Below the pieces are notes generated by a model. That model was not told the DNA's origin. It did no database searches and worked only from the letters and a program-made list of their open reading frames with translations. From positions 544,001-608,000 of the forward strand of contig OZ241907.1 of NCBI GenBank assembly GCA_965203515.1: a stretch of 64,000 nt of DNA, in the 5' to 3' direction. Every line of letters begins with the position of its first letter. Positions within the stretch are counted from its first letter, which is position 1. Shown here piece by piece: positions 54,101-63,201 of this stretch. The DNA comes from Spirochaetia bacterium (lineage in GTDB: Bacteria; Spirochaetota; Spirochaetia; SZUA-6; Bin103). The position numbers were made by a program, and so were the translations under genes.

Positions 54101-55162
54101 AAGCTATCCGTGATGCATAAACTGGTCGAGGATCCGTTCAATAGTAAGGTCATCTCTCCGTACATCGGTGGCGAAGAGGTCAACAAGAGCCCGACCCATG
54201 CCTACCATCGTTATGTCATCAACTTCCGTGATTGGCCTCTACGTCGAGATACCATCGGCGAGCTTTGGGCGACTGCTGACGGGGAACGACGGCGTGCGTT
54301 ACGTCGCAAGTCGATTGTTCCGCGCGACTATCCGGAGCCAGTCGCGATAGACTGGCCGGAAGTACTGGCGGTTGTGACAGAGAAAGCAAAGCCCGGTCGC
54401 GAACGACTCGGCAACTCCTCGATAGATCGCGCGCACCGGGAGAGATGGTGGCGATTTGCAAATGAGCGCCCCCATCTCTACGCCACTATTAAAGGATTGG
54501 ATCGAGTCCTGGCCAATTCTCAGGTCAGTGCAACGGTCCAGTTCGCTTTTCTACCCGCCGAATACAGGGTATATGCACATACGTTGAATGTCTATCCGCT
54601 CCAGACGTATGCCGCATTCTGCGCTCTGCAGTCCCGCCCTCACGAGATCTGGGCACGCCTCTTCGGATCGTCGATGAAGGACGACCTCCGCTACACGCCG
54701 TCCGACTGCTTCGACACCTTCCCGTTCCCGGAAGGCTGGGACACTGATCCCACTCTCGAAGCCGCCGGCAAGGCGTACTACGAATACCGCGCCGAGCTCA
54801 TGGTAGACAACAACGAGGGCATGACCAGCACCTACAACCGCTTCCACGACCTCTACGAGACCGGCCCGCGCGTCGCCAAGCTCCGCGAACTGCATGCCGC
54901 AATGGACCGCGCGGTGCTCGACGCCTACGGCTGGACCGACCTCCCTACCGACTGCGACTTCCTCCTCGACTACGAGATCGACGAAGCCGCCTGGGGCCGC
55001 AAGAAGAAACCCTTCCGCTACCGCTGGCCCGACGAAGTCCGCGACGAAGTGCTCGCCCGCCTCCTCGCCCTCAACGCCGACCGCGCCGCCGCCGTCGGCC
55101 CTCCGGTACCCGGCAGATCGCGTCCCGTTGACAACGGCGACATTCTCGGCGATACTCTCTGA
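51113..55162 (+). CDS. DISARM-type N6-adenine DNA methyltransferase (DrmMI/Eco57I-like)
   Basis: GSHYTP, VCDPAMGSGAFL, LYGIDRN, FHWEIEFPEVF, VGNPPF; C-terminal LRYTPSDCFDTFPFP...LDAYGW. Confidence 0.85.
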   Translation: MPAPDPNTRAHLEWLGYIQPHGLVVSAPALVKAGAIVNRQDAHRQALLAGCTEERALAPDRQPTACIRDFREFAGAVLGWRFSPKGYAGFTEETPIPEELTLPLPDYGETLRPDFAVRERDPANGASQWQLLVQVLAAGQDFDRPAPGGLEASAQGRAERLLRATGVPAGVLVNGAALRLISAPRGESSGWIDFRFADLLTTAGRPLCSALHLLLSEQRLLALPRQKRLTALLADSRRYQNEVSERLAEQVLHALYELLRGFQNAHDASDGALLSEPLAGGGDRNDIYRGLLAVILRLVFLLYAEERGLLPEDATFARHYALGGLYQRLRKDAAAHPDTMDQRYGAWAQLLVLFRLLHDGVAAHRTGGAVSLPERRGALFDPDRYRFLEGRSGSGARQLSERVQPPRVSDGVIYRVLEKLLVLDGERLSYRTLDVEQIGSVYETIMGFRLETAAGRSVAVKPAKKLGAPTTIDLDALLAQPAGRRGRWLQERADRPVSAAVAKGVRAAQSVNDLHAALDRVLDHAATPDLVPAGGLVLQPNEERRRSGSHYTPRELTEPIVRHTLAPLLARLRGADGRPPRPERVLDLKVCDPAMGSGAFLVETCRQLADALIEAWGAHGTLPDIPADEDEVTFARRLVAQRCLYGIDRNPMAVDLAKVSLWLSTLARDHPFTFVDHAFRHGDSLVGLTRRQLEALHWQGGQPILAGFGVREALEEAAALRRRIREADETVTDRQLQTLWRGAQDALEEVRRFGDLTLAAFFEGSKPKERAARRAAYQEAILTRQARRYAEELAARRNAEVPFAPFHWEIEFPEVFERENPGFDGFVGNPPFLGGKRISTTLGTPYRDWLSFLHIDSNSNTDIVAHFFRRAFNLTRKDGAFGLIATNTISQGDTRSGGLRWIGNNGGEIYRARRRVKWPGVAAVVVSVVHVTKGRFSGVKYLDDTKADTITAFLFHKGGHDDPVRLVANEGKSFVGSFVRGMGFTFDDTDRNGVASKLSVMHKLVEDPFNSKVISPYIGGEEVNKSPTHAYHRYVINFRDWPLRRDTIGELWATADGERRRALRRKSIVPRDYPEPVAIDWPEVLAVVTEKAKPGRERLGNSSIDRAHRERWWRFANERPHLYATIKGLDRVLANSQVSATVQFAFLPAEYRVYAHTLNVYPLQTYAAFCALQSRPHEIWARLFGSSMKDDLRYTPSDCFDTFPFPEGWDTDPTLEAAGKAYYEYRAELMVDNNEGMTSTYNRFHDLYETGPRVAKLRELHAAMDRAVLDAYGWTDLPTDCDFLLDYEIDEAAWGRKKKPFRYRWPDEVRDEVLARLLALNADRAAAVGPPVPGRSRPVDNGDILGDTL

Positions 55163-55447
55163 GAGACGATCCATGGAACGGCAACTCAAGCACCTCGAGT
55201 TCGTTCAGGGCGTAGTAAACCGTCTGGCCGCCAATTCGTTCCGCATAAAGGGATGGAGCGTGGTACTGGTCTCCGCTCTGTTCGTCCTGGCAGCACGAGA
55301 GGGCCGGATCGCGTTCTCCTTCATCGCCCTGGTCCCTCTCGCCTTCCTCTGGTGGCTGGACGGCTACTTCCTCTGGCAGGAGCGTCTGTTCCGAGCGCTG
55401 TATGACCACGTGCGTAGTCTGGACGAATCCAAGATAGATTTCTCGAT

Positions 55448-56779
55448 GGGGCTTCCGGGTTTCGTGTGGGTAGGGCGCCCTGACGGTGGCGGTGGCGCCG
55501 CCAGCAAGGCTACGCTGGCGCCATGCGTGACAAGGAACTGTACGGCAGGATTCTGGGCGTCGAGGCACCGTGGCGAGTGGCCGACGTCGAACTGAACCTT
55601 CAGCAGGGCGAGATCGTGGTCCACGTCGAGCACGGCGGGCCGCTCACCTGCCCGCACTGCGGCCAAGCCGCGCGCCGCTACGACAGCCGTCAACGGCGGT
55701 GGCGCCATCTGGACACCTGCCAGTACCGCACGGTTCTGGCTGCCGACGTACCGCGGTCTCAGTGCCGGCAGCACGGGGTCAAGCAGATCGAGGTGCCGTG
55801 GAGCGAAGGCCGCTCGCGGCTGACCGCGCTGTGCGAGGCGGTCGTGATCGACTGGCTGCAGCACGCCACGATCGCGGCGGTGGCGCAGCAGATGCGGCTC
55901 AGCTGGGACGAGGTCGACGGGGTGATGCAGCGCGCGGTGCACCGCGGCTTACAACGGCGCGAGGTGCAGCTGCCGCCGCGGATCGGCGTGGACGAGACGT
56001 CGTTTCAGAAGCGCCATGAGTACGTGACGGTGATCAACGATCTGGACGGGCACGTCGTGCACGTGGCCGATGGCCGCCGCAAGGAGGTGTTGGAGGAGTT
56101 CTACCAGCAGTTTGACCATGAGCAGTTGGCTGCTGTCGAGACGGTCGCCATGGACATGTGGGAGCCGTACATCATCGCGACCGCCGCCTACGTGCCGGAC
56201 GCGGAGCTCAAGATCGCGTTCGACAAGTTCCACGTCGCCCGGCACCTCGGCAACGCCGTTGACCAGGTACGGCGAGCCGAGAGCCGCCGGCTGGCCGGCA
56301 GCGGTGATGATCGGCTGAAGGGCAGCCGCTATGCGTGGCTGACCAATCCCGAGCACATGGATGCCGAGCGTTGGCGGCAGTTCGCTGACTTGCGGGACAG
56401 CGCGCTGCAGACCGCGCGCGCCTGGGGCTACAAGGAACATGCGATGACGCTGTGGAGGTACCGCTCTCGCGGGTGGGCGCGCAAGGCGTGGCAGGCGTGG
56501 TACCGGTCGGCGATCCGGTGTCGTCTGGAGCCGGTCAAGCGGGTAGCGCGGATGGTCAAGCGTCATCTGGAAGGGATCGTGACGGCGGTGGTGCAGGGGG
56601 TGAGCAACGCGCGGGCGGAGTCGATCAACGCGGGGGTGCAGAGGTTGAAGTACGCAGCGCGCGGCTTTCGCAACCGGCAGAGGTTCCGCAACGCGATCTA
56701 CTTTCACCTCGGCGGCCTTGACCTCTACCCTGCCGGTGTCGGCCGTGACCACCTCGTCCACACGAAAGCCTGAAGACCC
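55448..56779 (+). mobile_element. ISL3-family insertion sequence, copy 2 (1332 bp)
   Basis: Same IRs as copy 1. 8-bp TSD TTCTCGAT at 55440-55447 and 56780-56787. Confidence 0.95.
55523..56773 (+). CDS. ISL3 family transposase
   Basis: 416 aa; 5 substitutions seen relative to copy 1. Confidence 0.95.
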   Translation: MRDKELYGRILGVEAPWRVADVELNLQQGEIVVHVEHGGPLTCPHCGQAARRYDSRQRRWRHLDTCQYRTVLAADVPRSQCRQHGVKQIEVPWSEGRSRLTALCEAVVIDWLQHATIAAVAQQMRLSWDEVDGVMQRAVHRGLQRREVQLPPRIGVDETSFQKRHEYVTVINDLDGHVVHVADGRRKEVLEEFYQQFDHEQLAAVETVAMDMWEPYIIATAAYVPDAELKIAFDKFHVARHLGNAVDQVRRAESRRLAGSGDDRLKGSRYAWLTNPEHMDAERWRQFADLRDSALQTARAWGYKEHAMTLWRYRSRGWARKAWQAWYRSAIRCRLEPVKRVARMVKRHLEGIVTAVVQGVSNARAESINAGVQRLKYAARGFRNRQRFRNAIYFHLGGLDLYPAGVGRDHLVHTKA

Positions 56780-56931
56780 TTCTCGATGAACGTCGCTCCG
56801 TTCATGGGCGATCGTCCTCGAACATGGCGGAGCGCGATATTCTCGAAGACATTGGTCATATTCTATGTCGCGTTGAGTACCACTGTCTTCCTTGCCGTCG
56901 CGATATACCTGATCTTCAATGGAGGGCCGTC

Positions 56932-57426
56932 GTGAAACGCAGAGTGTTCTTCAGCTTCCACTACAAACCTGACGCATGGCGGGTATCGCAGATTCGCAAC
57001 ATCGGAGCACTTGAAAGAAATAGGCCGGTTACCCACAACGATTGGGAGCAAGTAAAGCGAGGCGGTGATGCCGCGATCGAACGATGGATCGCGAGGCAGA
57101 TGAAGTACCGTTCCTGTACGGTCGTGCTGGTGGGATCGAACACCGCCAGCCGAAAGTGGATCAACTATGAGATCGTCAGGTCATGGAATGACGGTATGGG
57201 GGTGGTGGGGATACACATTCACGGATTGGAAGACCAGAATGGTACGACGTCATCGAAGGGAAGCAATCCATTCGATTTCATCTCTGGCCCAAATAGCCTA
57301 CGGCTCTCTTCGATAGTGAAATGTTACGATCCAGGCGGTTCTAGCAGCACGCAGAGATACGAATGGATTTCTCGATACCTTGCAAATGCCGTAGAGGAAG
57401 CTATTAGTATCAGGAAAAGCCACTGA
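56932..57426 (+). CDS. TIR domain protein, MTH538/DUF1863 (Thoeris ThsB-like)
   Basis: GGAGG RBS + GTG; RRVFFSFHY, WEQVK, SCTVVLVG, SRKWINYEI (catalytic Glu position), KGSNPF. Confidence 0.88.
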   Translation: MKRRVFFSFHYKPDAWRVSQIRNIGALERNRPVTHNDWEQVKRGGDAAIERWIARQMKYRSCTVVLVGSNTASRKWINYEIVRSWNDGMGVVGIHIHGLEDQNGTTSSKGSNPFDFISGPNSLRLSSIVKCYDPGGSSSTQRYEWISRYLANAVEEAISIRKSH

Positions 57427-57449
57427 TATCAATCGACTCGACGCCACGT

Positions 57450-58636
57450 ATGATCACGCAGGTACGCCTGCAAAACTACAAGAGCATCGCCGCCTGCTCC
57501 GTCGCACTGAAGCCGCTGACGATTCTGGTCGGTCCAAATGGCGCCGGCAAGAGCAACTTCGTTGACGGGTTGCGCTTCACGGCGGAGTCGCTGCGCTATT
57601 CTCTGGAGCATGCGCTGCGCGATCGCGGCGGGATCGACGAAGTTCGGAGGCGGTCGGATGACCGCGCCGACAGCTTCGCGGTTCGCATCGACGTGCGAGT
57701 TGCGGGCGCGGCGGGCTGGTACGGGTTTGAGGTCGGCGCAACCGGGAAGGGAGGCTACGTCGTGCGGCGCGAGGAATGCGTCGTCAGATCGGCCGACCCG
57801 GAACGGCGCGGCTTCTTTCGGGTCCGTCACGGCGAGGCCGTCGTCAGCTCCATTCGCCATCCACCGCCGAATCCCGGAAGGGATCGCCTCTACCTGTTGC
57901 CGGCGTCTGCGTACCCGCCGTTCCGGCCCGTGTACGACGCCCTGGCCGCCATGGGATTCTACCACCTGGACCCGGAGCGCATCCGCGAGCTCCAGGCGCG
58001 GGACTCCGGCGACCTCCTGGCACGGTCCGGCGGGAACATCGCGAGCGTCCTCGACCGGCTTCGGTCGCACTCGCCGGCCAACGCGGCGCGCATCGACGAC
58101 TATCTGTCGGCAATCGTCCCGGGCGTGGTAGGTGTGGAGCCGCTGTCAGTCGGTCCGCGGTTGACCCTGGAGTTTCTGGAACAGCCGCCGGGGAAAGCTC
58201 CGCGACGCTTCCTTGCCGGCGCCATGTCGGATGGAACGCTGCACGTGTTGGGCATGCTGGTGGCTCTGTTTCAGCACGCGGATGGCGCCTCGGAGCGTCC
58301 CGGACTGGTCGGGATCGAAGAACCGGAGACCGCGCTGCACCCCGCCGCCGCCGGGGCGCTGACCGACGTGCTGCAGGAAGCGAGCGAGCGCGTGCAGGTG
58401 ATCGTCACCAGCCACAGCGCGGATTTGCTGGACCGGGACGCGATCTCGGAAGAATCGATCCTGGCCGTGGACGCGGAACAGGGCGAGACCCGAATCGCGC
58501 CGCTCGACGAGACGGGCCGTACCACCTGCCGTAACGCCTGTTCACCGCAGGCGAGTTGCTCCGTATGGACCAACTGAGCCCGGACCCGGATGCCGCGGCG
58601 TCCGTGGACCTCGACCTCTTTCGCGACGAGGAATGA
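57450..58636 (+). CDS. AAA_21 family ATPase with an apparent frameshift near 58530
   Basis: LQNYKSI, GPNGAGKSN, MSDGTL, IEEPETALHP, VTSHS. ORF stops at 58577, but a shifted frame gives RLFTAGELLRMDQL...DEE*, ending 3 nt before the next gene. Confidence 0.8.
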
Positions 58637-58639
58637 TCC

Positions 58640-59212
58640 TTGATCCGAATCGTGGCCATCGTCGAAGGAGACGGCGAAGTGAAGGCGGTGCCGGTACTGC
58701 TCCGACGGATCGGCGCGGCAGTGGCGCCGCTCGTGGCGCTCGACGTAGCGCGGCCGATCCGCGTGTCGCGCGGGCGATTTCTCAAAGGGAGCGGACTGGA
58801 AAGCTACGTGAGCTTGGCTGCGAGTCGCGCAGGGCCGGACGGTCGCATTCTGGTGCTGCTCGACGCGAATGGCGATTGCCCGGCGGAACTCGGCGCCGCC
58901 CTGCTGCGGCGCGCCCGCGCCGCGCGGCCCGACCTGCTCATCGAGGTGGTGCTGTGCGAATACGAGGCGTGGTTCATCGCGGCGGCCGATTCCCTGTGCG
59001 GAACACGCGGCATATCGAGTGCCGCGAACGTACCGCCCGACCCGGAGTCGATCCGCGGCGCCAAGGAGTGGCTCCGCGCCCGGATGAGCGGCCCCTACAG
59101 CCCGACCGCCGACCAGGCCGCGCTCACCGCCCGGTTCGACATGACGGCAGCCCGCCGCCGCGCGCCGTCGTTCGACAAGATGTGGCGCGCCGTCAACGTC
59201 CTGATGCAATAG
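58640..59212 (+). CDS. DUF4276 (TOPRIM-like) protein, ATPase partner
   Basis: IVEGDGE, VLLDANGDCP, EYEAWFIA, Y.PTADQ, SFDK. Confidence 0.8.
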   Translation: MIRIVAIVEGDGEVKAVPVLLRRIGAAVAPLVALDVARPIRVSRGRFLKGSGLESYVSLAASRAGPDGRILVLLDANGDCPAELGAALLRRARAARPDLLIEVVLCEYEAWFIAAADSLCGTRGISSAANVPPDPESIRGAKEWLRARMSGPYSPTADQAALTARFDMTAARRRAPSFDKMWRAVNVLMQ

Positions 59213-59263
59213 GTCCCTCGGCTTGCACGGCGCGCCGTAGTCCGCTAGTGTCTGACGCACGAC

Positions 59264-59925
59264 ATGTCATCGCCTGCTCGTAATCGGCAGCCGTTGTTGT
59301 CTTCTGGAAATCGGTTGCCTTGGCGGCCTTTCAACGAAATAACGCGGACGCAATTTTCCGCCATCGAGGTTGGTCGCTATAGCGGTATCGATGGTTTGCG
59401 ACTCAATATCCCTGGAAGAGTCAATCTCATCGTCGGCGCTAACAACGCGGGCAAGACCTCTCTGCTCGAAGCGATCTATCTGCTGGCGCACCAGAACGAT
59501 GAGCAGGCGCTGCTCGACGTCATCCGCTGGCGCGGTCGAGTGGAACGGGAGCCCGACCCGCTTTGGCTGGTGGAACAGCTTCCGCCGATCATCCGGCTTT
59601 CCGGGCGCTTCGACCAGATCGTGGACGACAGCACGACCTTCGAGTCCCATGTCCTCAATGAGCCGGGTGATGTCTTTGGAGATCAGACTGAGTTCCTGGC
59701 CCGACTCGTCATCGCGTCCGACTACGGCGGGCGAGCGCAAAGTACTGACGTCGCGTTCTTCGGAGATGATCGGCGACGGACCACCGTCCAGGGGCGGCAC
59801 TGGCTGTGCCGCTCGGCCTTCATCGGTCCGTTCTGGTCCAGCCGCCCCGGGTGAGACGCTACGACGGGGACAAGCTGCTCCGCTTGCACGAGGCGATAGA
59901 CTTCGACTTGCGAGGGATTCGTTGA
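59264..59925 (+). pseudogene. AAA ATPase with a large internal deletion
   Basis: N-terminal VNLIVGANNAGKTSLLEAI but no Walker B. The ORF ends at 59854, and an out-of-frame tail VRRYDGDKLLRLHEAIDFDLRGIR* follows. Confidence 0.65.
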
Positions 59926-60203
59926 AGACGGTTTGGTCTCCTGCGCCTGCGAGTGGTATCTGACCACCGGCGGCGGTCATCCGGCCGCGAGCGCCGCGGT
60001 GAGGTTGGCCGGTGCCAGCAGGCGGGCGTCGGCCGCGCGCTCCAGGAACGGGCGGACGCCCTGGATGAGTCGGCCGACGGGTTGTCGACGCCTGTGAGAT
60101 CTGCTACCGTTGTTTGTACGGGTATGCGAGCGCAGGAACATGCCGCCGAGACGCTGGCCTACAACGGATTGGTAAGGAGCTGGCCGGAATCAGACGGCTC
60201 GTT

Positions 60204-61295
60204 ATGACGGAGGAGCGTCAGACCGAGATGTCAATGGACGCAATCCGAATCAGCGGGACGCCGTCGCTCGATAGACCGAGGCAAGGCGACTATTGGATGC
60301 GCTCCGTCTCCTTCGCCGGGCTGCACCGCATTCTGAGCGCGGTGGCCGACAGTCCGCAGGGCCTCACCGCAAAGGAAATCAACGATCTCGTCCTGACCAA
60401 GGGTCTTACGCTTACACCGCGCAATCCTCGGCCAGCGCCCACGACTCTCTACCATTATCGGAATACCCTGCTGCGCCTGCGCATACTCATACGGGCAGGA
60501 CGAAGGCTGCACGCGAATACCGACGATCCCGACGTATGCGAACTGTTGCGCATGCCCCCTCCTCCCAACGGTGACCAGTCGCTGCATGCCGGTGCTGGCG
60601 ACCGGTTTGCCGGGTTGGTTCTGCGCAACGAGCAGTGTCGATCGCTCTTCTTCGACCTTTTCGTGCCGCCGCAAACCACCTCGATACCGGCCACAGCCTT
60701 CCGCCACAACAGCACCTCCGTCGAATGGTGGTATCGCCGTTCCTCCGACGGAACGAGAGAAGTCGTCCTTCGCAATGGAACGACCGGACGTGCCGCGCGG
60801 TACTCATCACGAATCGGCAAGACCGCAATCATGTACGGGCTGCGCTACTGGGCTCGTGACCAATTGCTTCTCATCGACGAATACTGCTCTCCGAGCGGCG
60901 CAAGCACTACCATGTTCCCCTTGTCTGCCGCTTCTGCCGCCGCGTCGGTTACGGAAACCGTCCGATCGTTACTCTCGCTTCGAACGTCCGACGACTGGAC
61001 TATGTTCTCCGTCCATGACCTGATCAAGGGCTACTGTGAAAGGCGGCGCAAACCGAGAAGTGTGCTGTTCGACGCGATCGACTGGCTCTTGCGCGAATGG
61101 CCGTACCACACGGCGCTGATTCCGACATCTCCGACCCTGGCCAGCCTCGACGCGACTTCTCTGTATCGCGAGGATTTCGCGCTGCGAAGCTATTATAGAC
61201 ATGAGAACGGCCCATACATCTCTCACATACGGGTGCACAAAGACGTGAATGCGCCCCACAGGAGGGCACTCCATCATGCCCAGCATGCTTCATAA
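60204..61295 (+). CDS. Hypothetical protein, possible N-terminal winged helix
   Basis: 363-aa lower-GC ORF with GLTAKEIN...PTTLYHYRNTLLRL; overlaps the ATPase start. Confidence 0.65.
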   Translation: MTEERQTEMSMDAIRISGTPSLDRPRQGDYWMRSVSFAGLHRILSAVADSPQGLTAKEINDLVLTKGLTLTPRNPRPAPTTLYHYRNTLLRLRILIRAGRRLHANTDDPDVCELLRMPPPPNGDQSLHAGAGDRFAGLVLRNEQCRSLFFDLFVPPQTTSIPATAFRHNSTSVEWWYRRSSDGTREVVLRNGTTGRAARYSSRIGKTAIMYGLRYWARDQLLLIDEYCSPSGASTTMFPLSAASAAASVTETVRSLLSLRTSDDWTMFSVHDLIKGYCERRRKPRSVLFDAIDWLLREWPYHTALIPTSPTLASLDATSLYREDFALRSYYRHENGPYISHIRVHKDVNAPHRRALHHAQHAS

Positions 61296-62457
61296 GTTCG
61301 GGCTCGAATTCAATCCGTTCGAGCCCTCCGCCGCCGGACCTCCGCTCAAAGGGACGCTATCGCCGCCGACCGCCCTGGCGGAACGGACTCGTGCCATCCT
61401 GGACGCCCACCAGACCGGCCGCGGCACGAAAGCATTGATCGTCACCGGGGAGTACGGTACCGGCAAGACGTGTCTTCTGCGTTGGCTCCATACCGACGTA
61501 CTTCCGAACCGACGAATTAAATCCTTCTATTTCGACAATCCAGGTGTGCAGTTCTACGACCTTGCCAATGCGCTGTTGCGAACCATCGGTCGCAAGGATT
61601 TCGCCAAGTTCATCTGGGAGCTCGCCGGACCGCTCGTCTCCGGTCCGTACAACCTTGACCTGTTTCAATCGGGGTTCGAAGCATACGTGACCGCGCAGAG
61701 CAAACGCCGCCAACCAGATCTGACGCAACCACTGCAGGAAGCCATCCGTGCGGCTGGTATAACGACTGACGAGGAAATCGCCCATTGTCTGGCTCGCATC
61801 GTTACCGACGCAGTACGAAAGCCATATTTCGAGTATCGCGATTTCGTACCCCGTCAACAAGGCAGCTTGGTGCCGGAGGCCGAGGAAGCTCCGTACTTCC
61901 GGGCGATCCTCAAGACCATCTCGAAGGGCACCAACGCCCGGGCCATTGCGTTCCTGATCGACGAGTTCGAGGAGATCGGACTTCAGAAACGGCTGACGCG
62001 CCGCGCCTCACACGACTACCTCGCCACTCTCAAGCGACTCATCAACCTTTCCGAAAGCCCGGACCTCGAATTCTTGATCGTGCTCTCCATGACACCCGAC
62101 TCATACCAGACCACTGTCGAGATGAATCCTGCTCTCGCCGCACGTTTTGCCGATCATAAGCTCTCCGTCATGCCTTTGAGTAGGCAAGACGCGACCGCGT
62201 TGATCAGATCGCGTCTCTCGGCGGCTCGCTCCGCCAGCGCCAATCGCGCGAGCGCCAGCCTGTCTCCGTTTCCCGATGACATCGGCTTCAGACCGGTCAC
62301 GTGCTCCAATCCCAGGCGCTTGGTGAAGACGTGCTTCTACGCGATCAGCGATGCAACGGACACGACTCCGGTACCGTTTCCGGATTCATACCTCCAAGGC
62401 ATCGAGAAAAAGTACTATCCATCCCCTCATGGTTCGAGGACCGATGAGCATGAGTAG
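61276..62457 (+). CDS. P-loop ATPase (AAA+/STAND-like)
   Basis: GGAGGG RBS; FGLEFNPF, GEYGTGKT, FLIDEFEE, NPRRLVK. Confidence 0.82.
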   Translation: MPSMLHKFGLEFNPFEPSAAGPPLKGTLSPPTALAERTRAILDAHQTGRGTKALIVTGEYGTGKTCLLRWLHTDVLPNRRIKSFYFDNPGVQFYDLANALLRTIGRKDFAKFIWELAGPLVSGPYNLDLFQSGFEAYVTAQSKRRQPDLTQPLQEAIRAAGITTDEEIAHCLARIVTDAVRKPYFEYRDFVPRQQGSLVPEAEEAPYFRAILKTISKGTNARAIAFLIDEFEEIGLQKRLTRRASHDYLATLKRLINLSESPDLEFLIVLSMTPDSYQTTVEMNPALAARFADHKLSVMPLSRQDATALIRSRLSAARSASANRASASLSPFPDDIGFRPVTCSNPRRLVKTCFYAISDATDTTPVPFPDSYLQGIEKKYYPSPHGSRTDEHE

Positions 62458-63163
62458 ACAATCCCCTCGACGCAAAGTAGTATTCCTGGACACGAATACG
62501 CTTCACTACCTGGCTCTCTTTGCCACATTTGCTTGCGACAATGGGTTTACCGTAGATGATATGATTGATGGACAGCTATCGATCCGCATGAATCAGGAAG
62601 ACGAAGCAGGATACAAGGAGCATCTACAGAAAGGTCGCGATGTTATTTCGTTCGTACTTCGCGAAGACGCGCAGATCGAGTACTCCCATGTTTCAATGGT
62701 GGAACTGCTCTGCGGGCGCATCAGAGGTGCGGTGATCGTACGTCTTGCCAAAGAAGGGGCGCCGGAAAGAATGTGGTCTCGGAGCGACCAGAAAGAGATA
62801 CGTGAACGGTCCGAACTTGATCTTCCCGATATTAGGAAACGCGTGAATGACTTGGCTGCCATACTCGATAATTGGGACATAATCTTTGTCGCGCGCGAGA
62901 GCAAAGGAAGTCTAAGACTGGCGACGGACATCGTTAGTCTTGTCTACATGAGCGCAGTGGACAGCATTGTCTACGCAGAGGCTATAGCGGCGCGAGCCGA
63001 CTACTTGGTAACAGATGATACTTATCTGCACCAGACGGTGAACCTGATCCACAACCCGAGCGGGCGTAATCGATATCAGGGAATCAAGCAGGAGCTACAA
63101 CGACTCGTTGATGACGATCGATTACCGCTAGCACTTCAATGCCGTGGGCTTCGACCCAGGTAA
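62444..63163 (+). CDS. PIN domain protein
   Basis: GAGGA RBS; VFLDTN, VSMVE, DSIVYAEA, YLVTDD. Confidence 0.72.
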   Translation: MSMSRQSPRRKVVFLDTNTLHYLALFATFACDNGFTVDDMIDGQLSIRMNQEDEAGYKEHLQKGRDVISFVLREDAQIEYSHVSMVELLCGRIRGAVIVRLAKEGAPERMWSRSDQKEIRERSELDLPDIRKRVNDLAAILDNWDIIFVARESKGSLRLATDIVSLVYMSAVDSIVYAEAIAARADYLVTDDTYLHQTVNLIHNPSGRNRYQGIKQELQRLVDDDRLPLALQCRGLRPR

Positions 63164-63201
63164 CTGAACGTATTTCGAGAAGTTGTTGCGCCAGGTCCAC
63201 A

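Larger units (their letters stand above)
55173..56935 (+). pseudogene. 140-aa three-TM protein disrupted by ISL3
   Basis: 55173-55447 joined to 56788-56935 gives MERQLKHLEFVQGVVNRLAANSFRIKGW...KIDFSMNVAPF...TLVIFYVALSTTVFLAVAIYLIFNGGPS*. The stop overlaps the TIR GTG start. Confidence 0.88.

Noticed and set aside
56824..56931. N-terminal extension of the TIR ORF from ATG 56824
   Set aside because: It overlaps the 3' half of the interrupted TM gene. GTG 56932 has an RBS and matches the start of the TIR domain.
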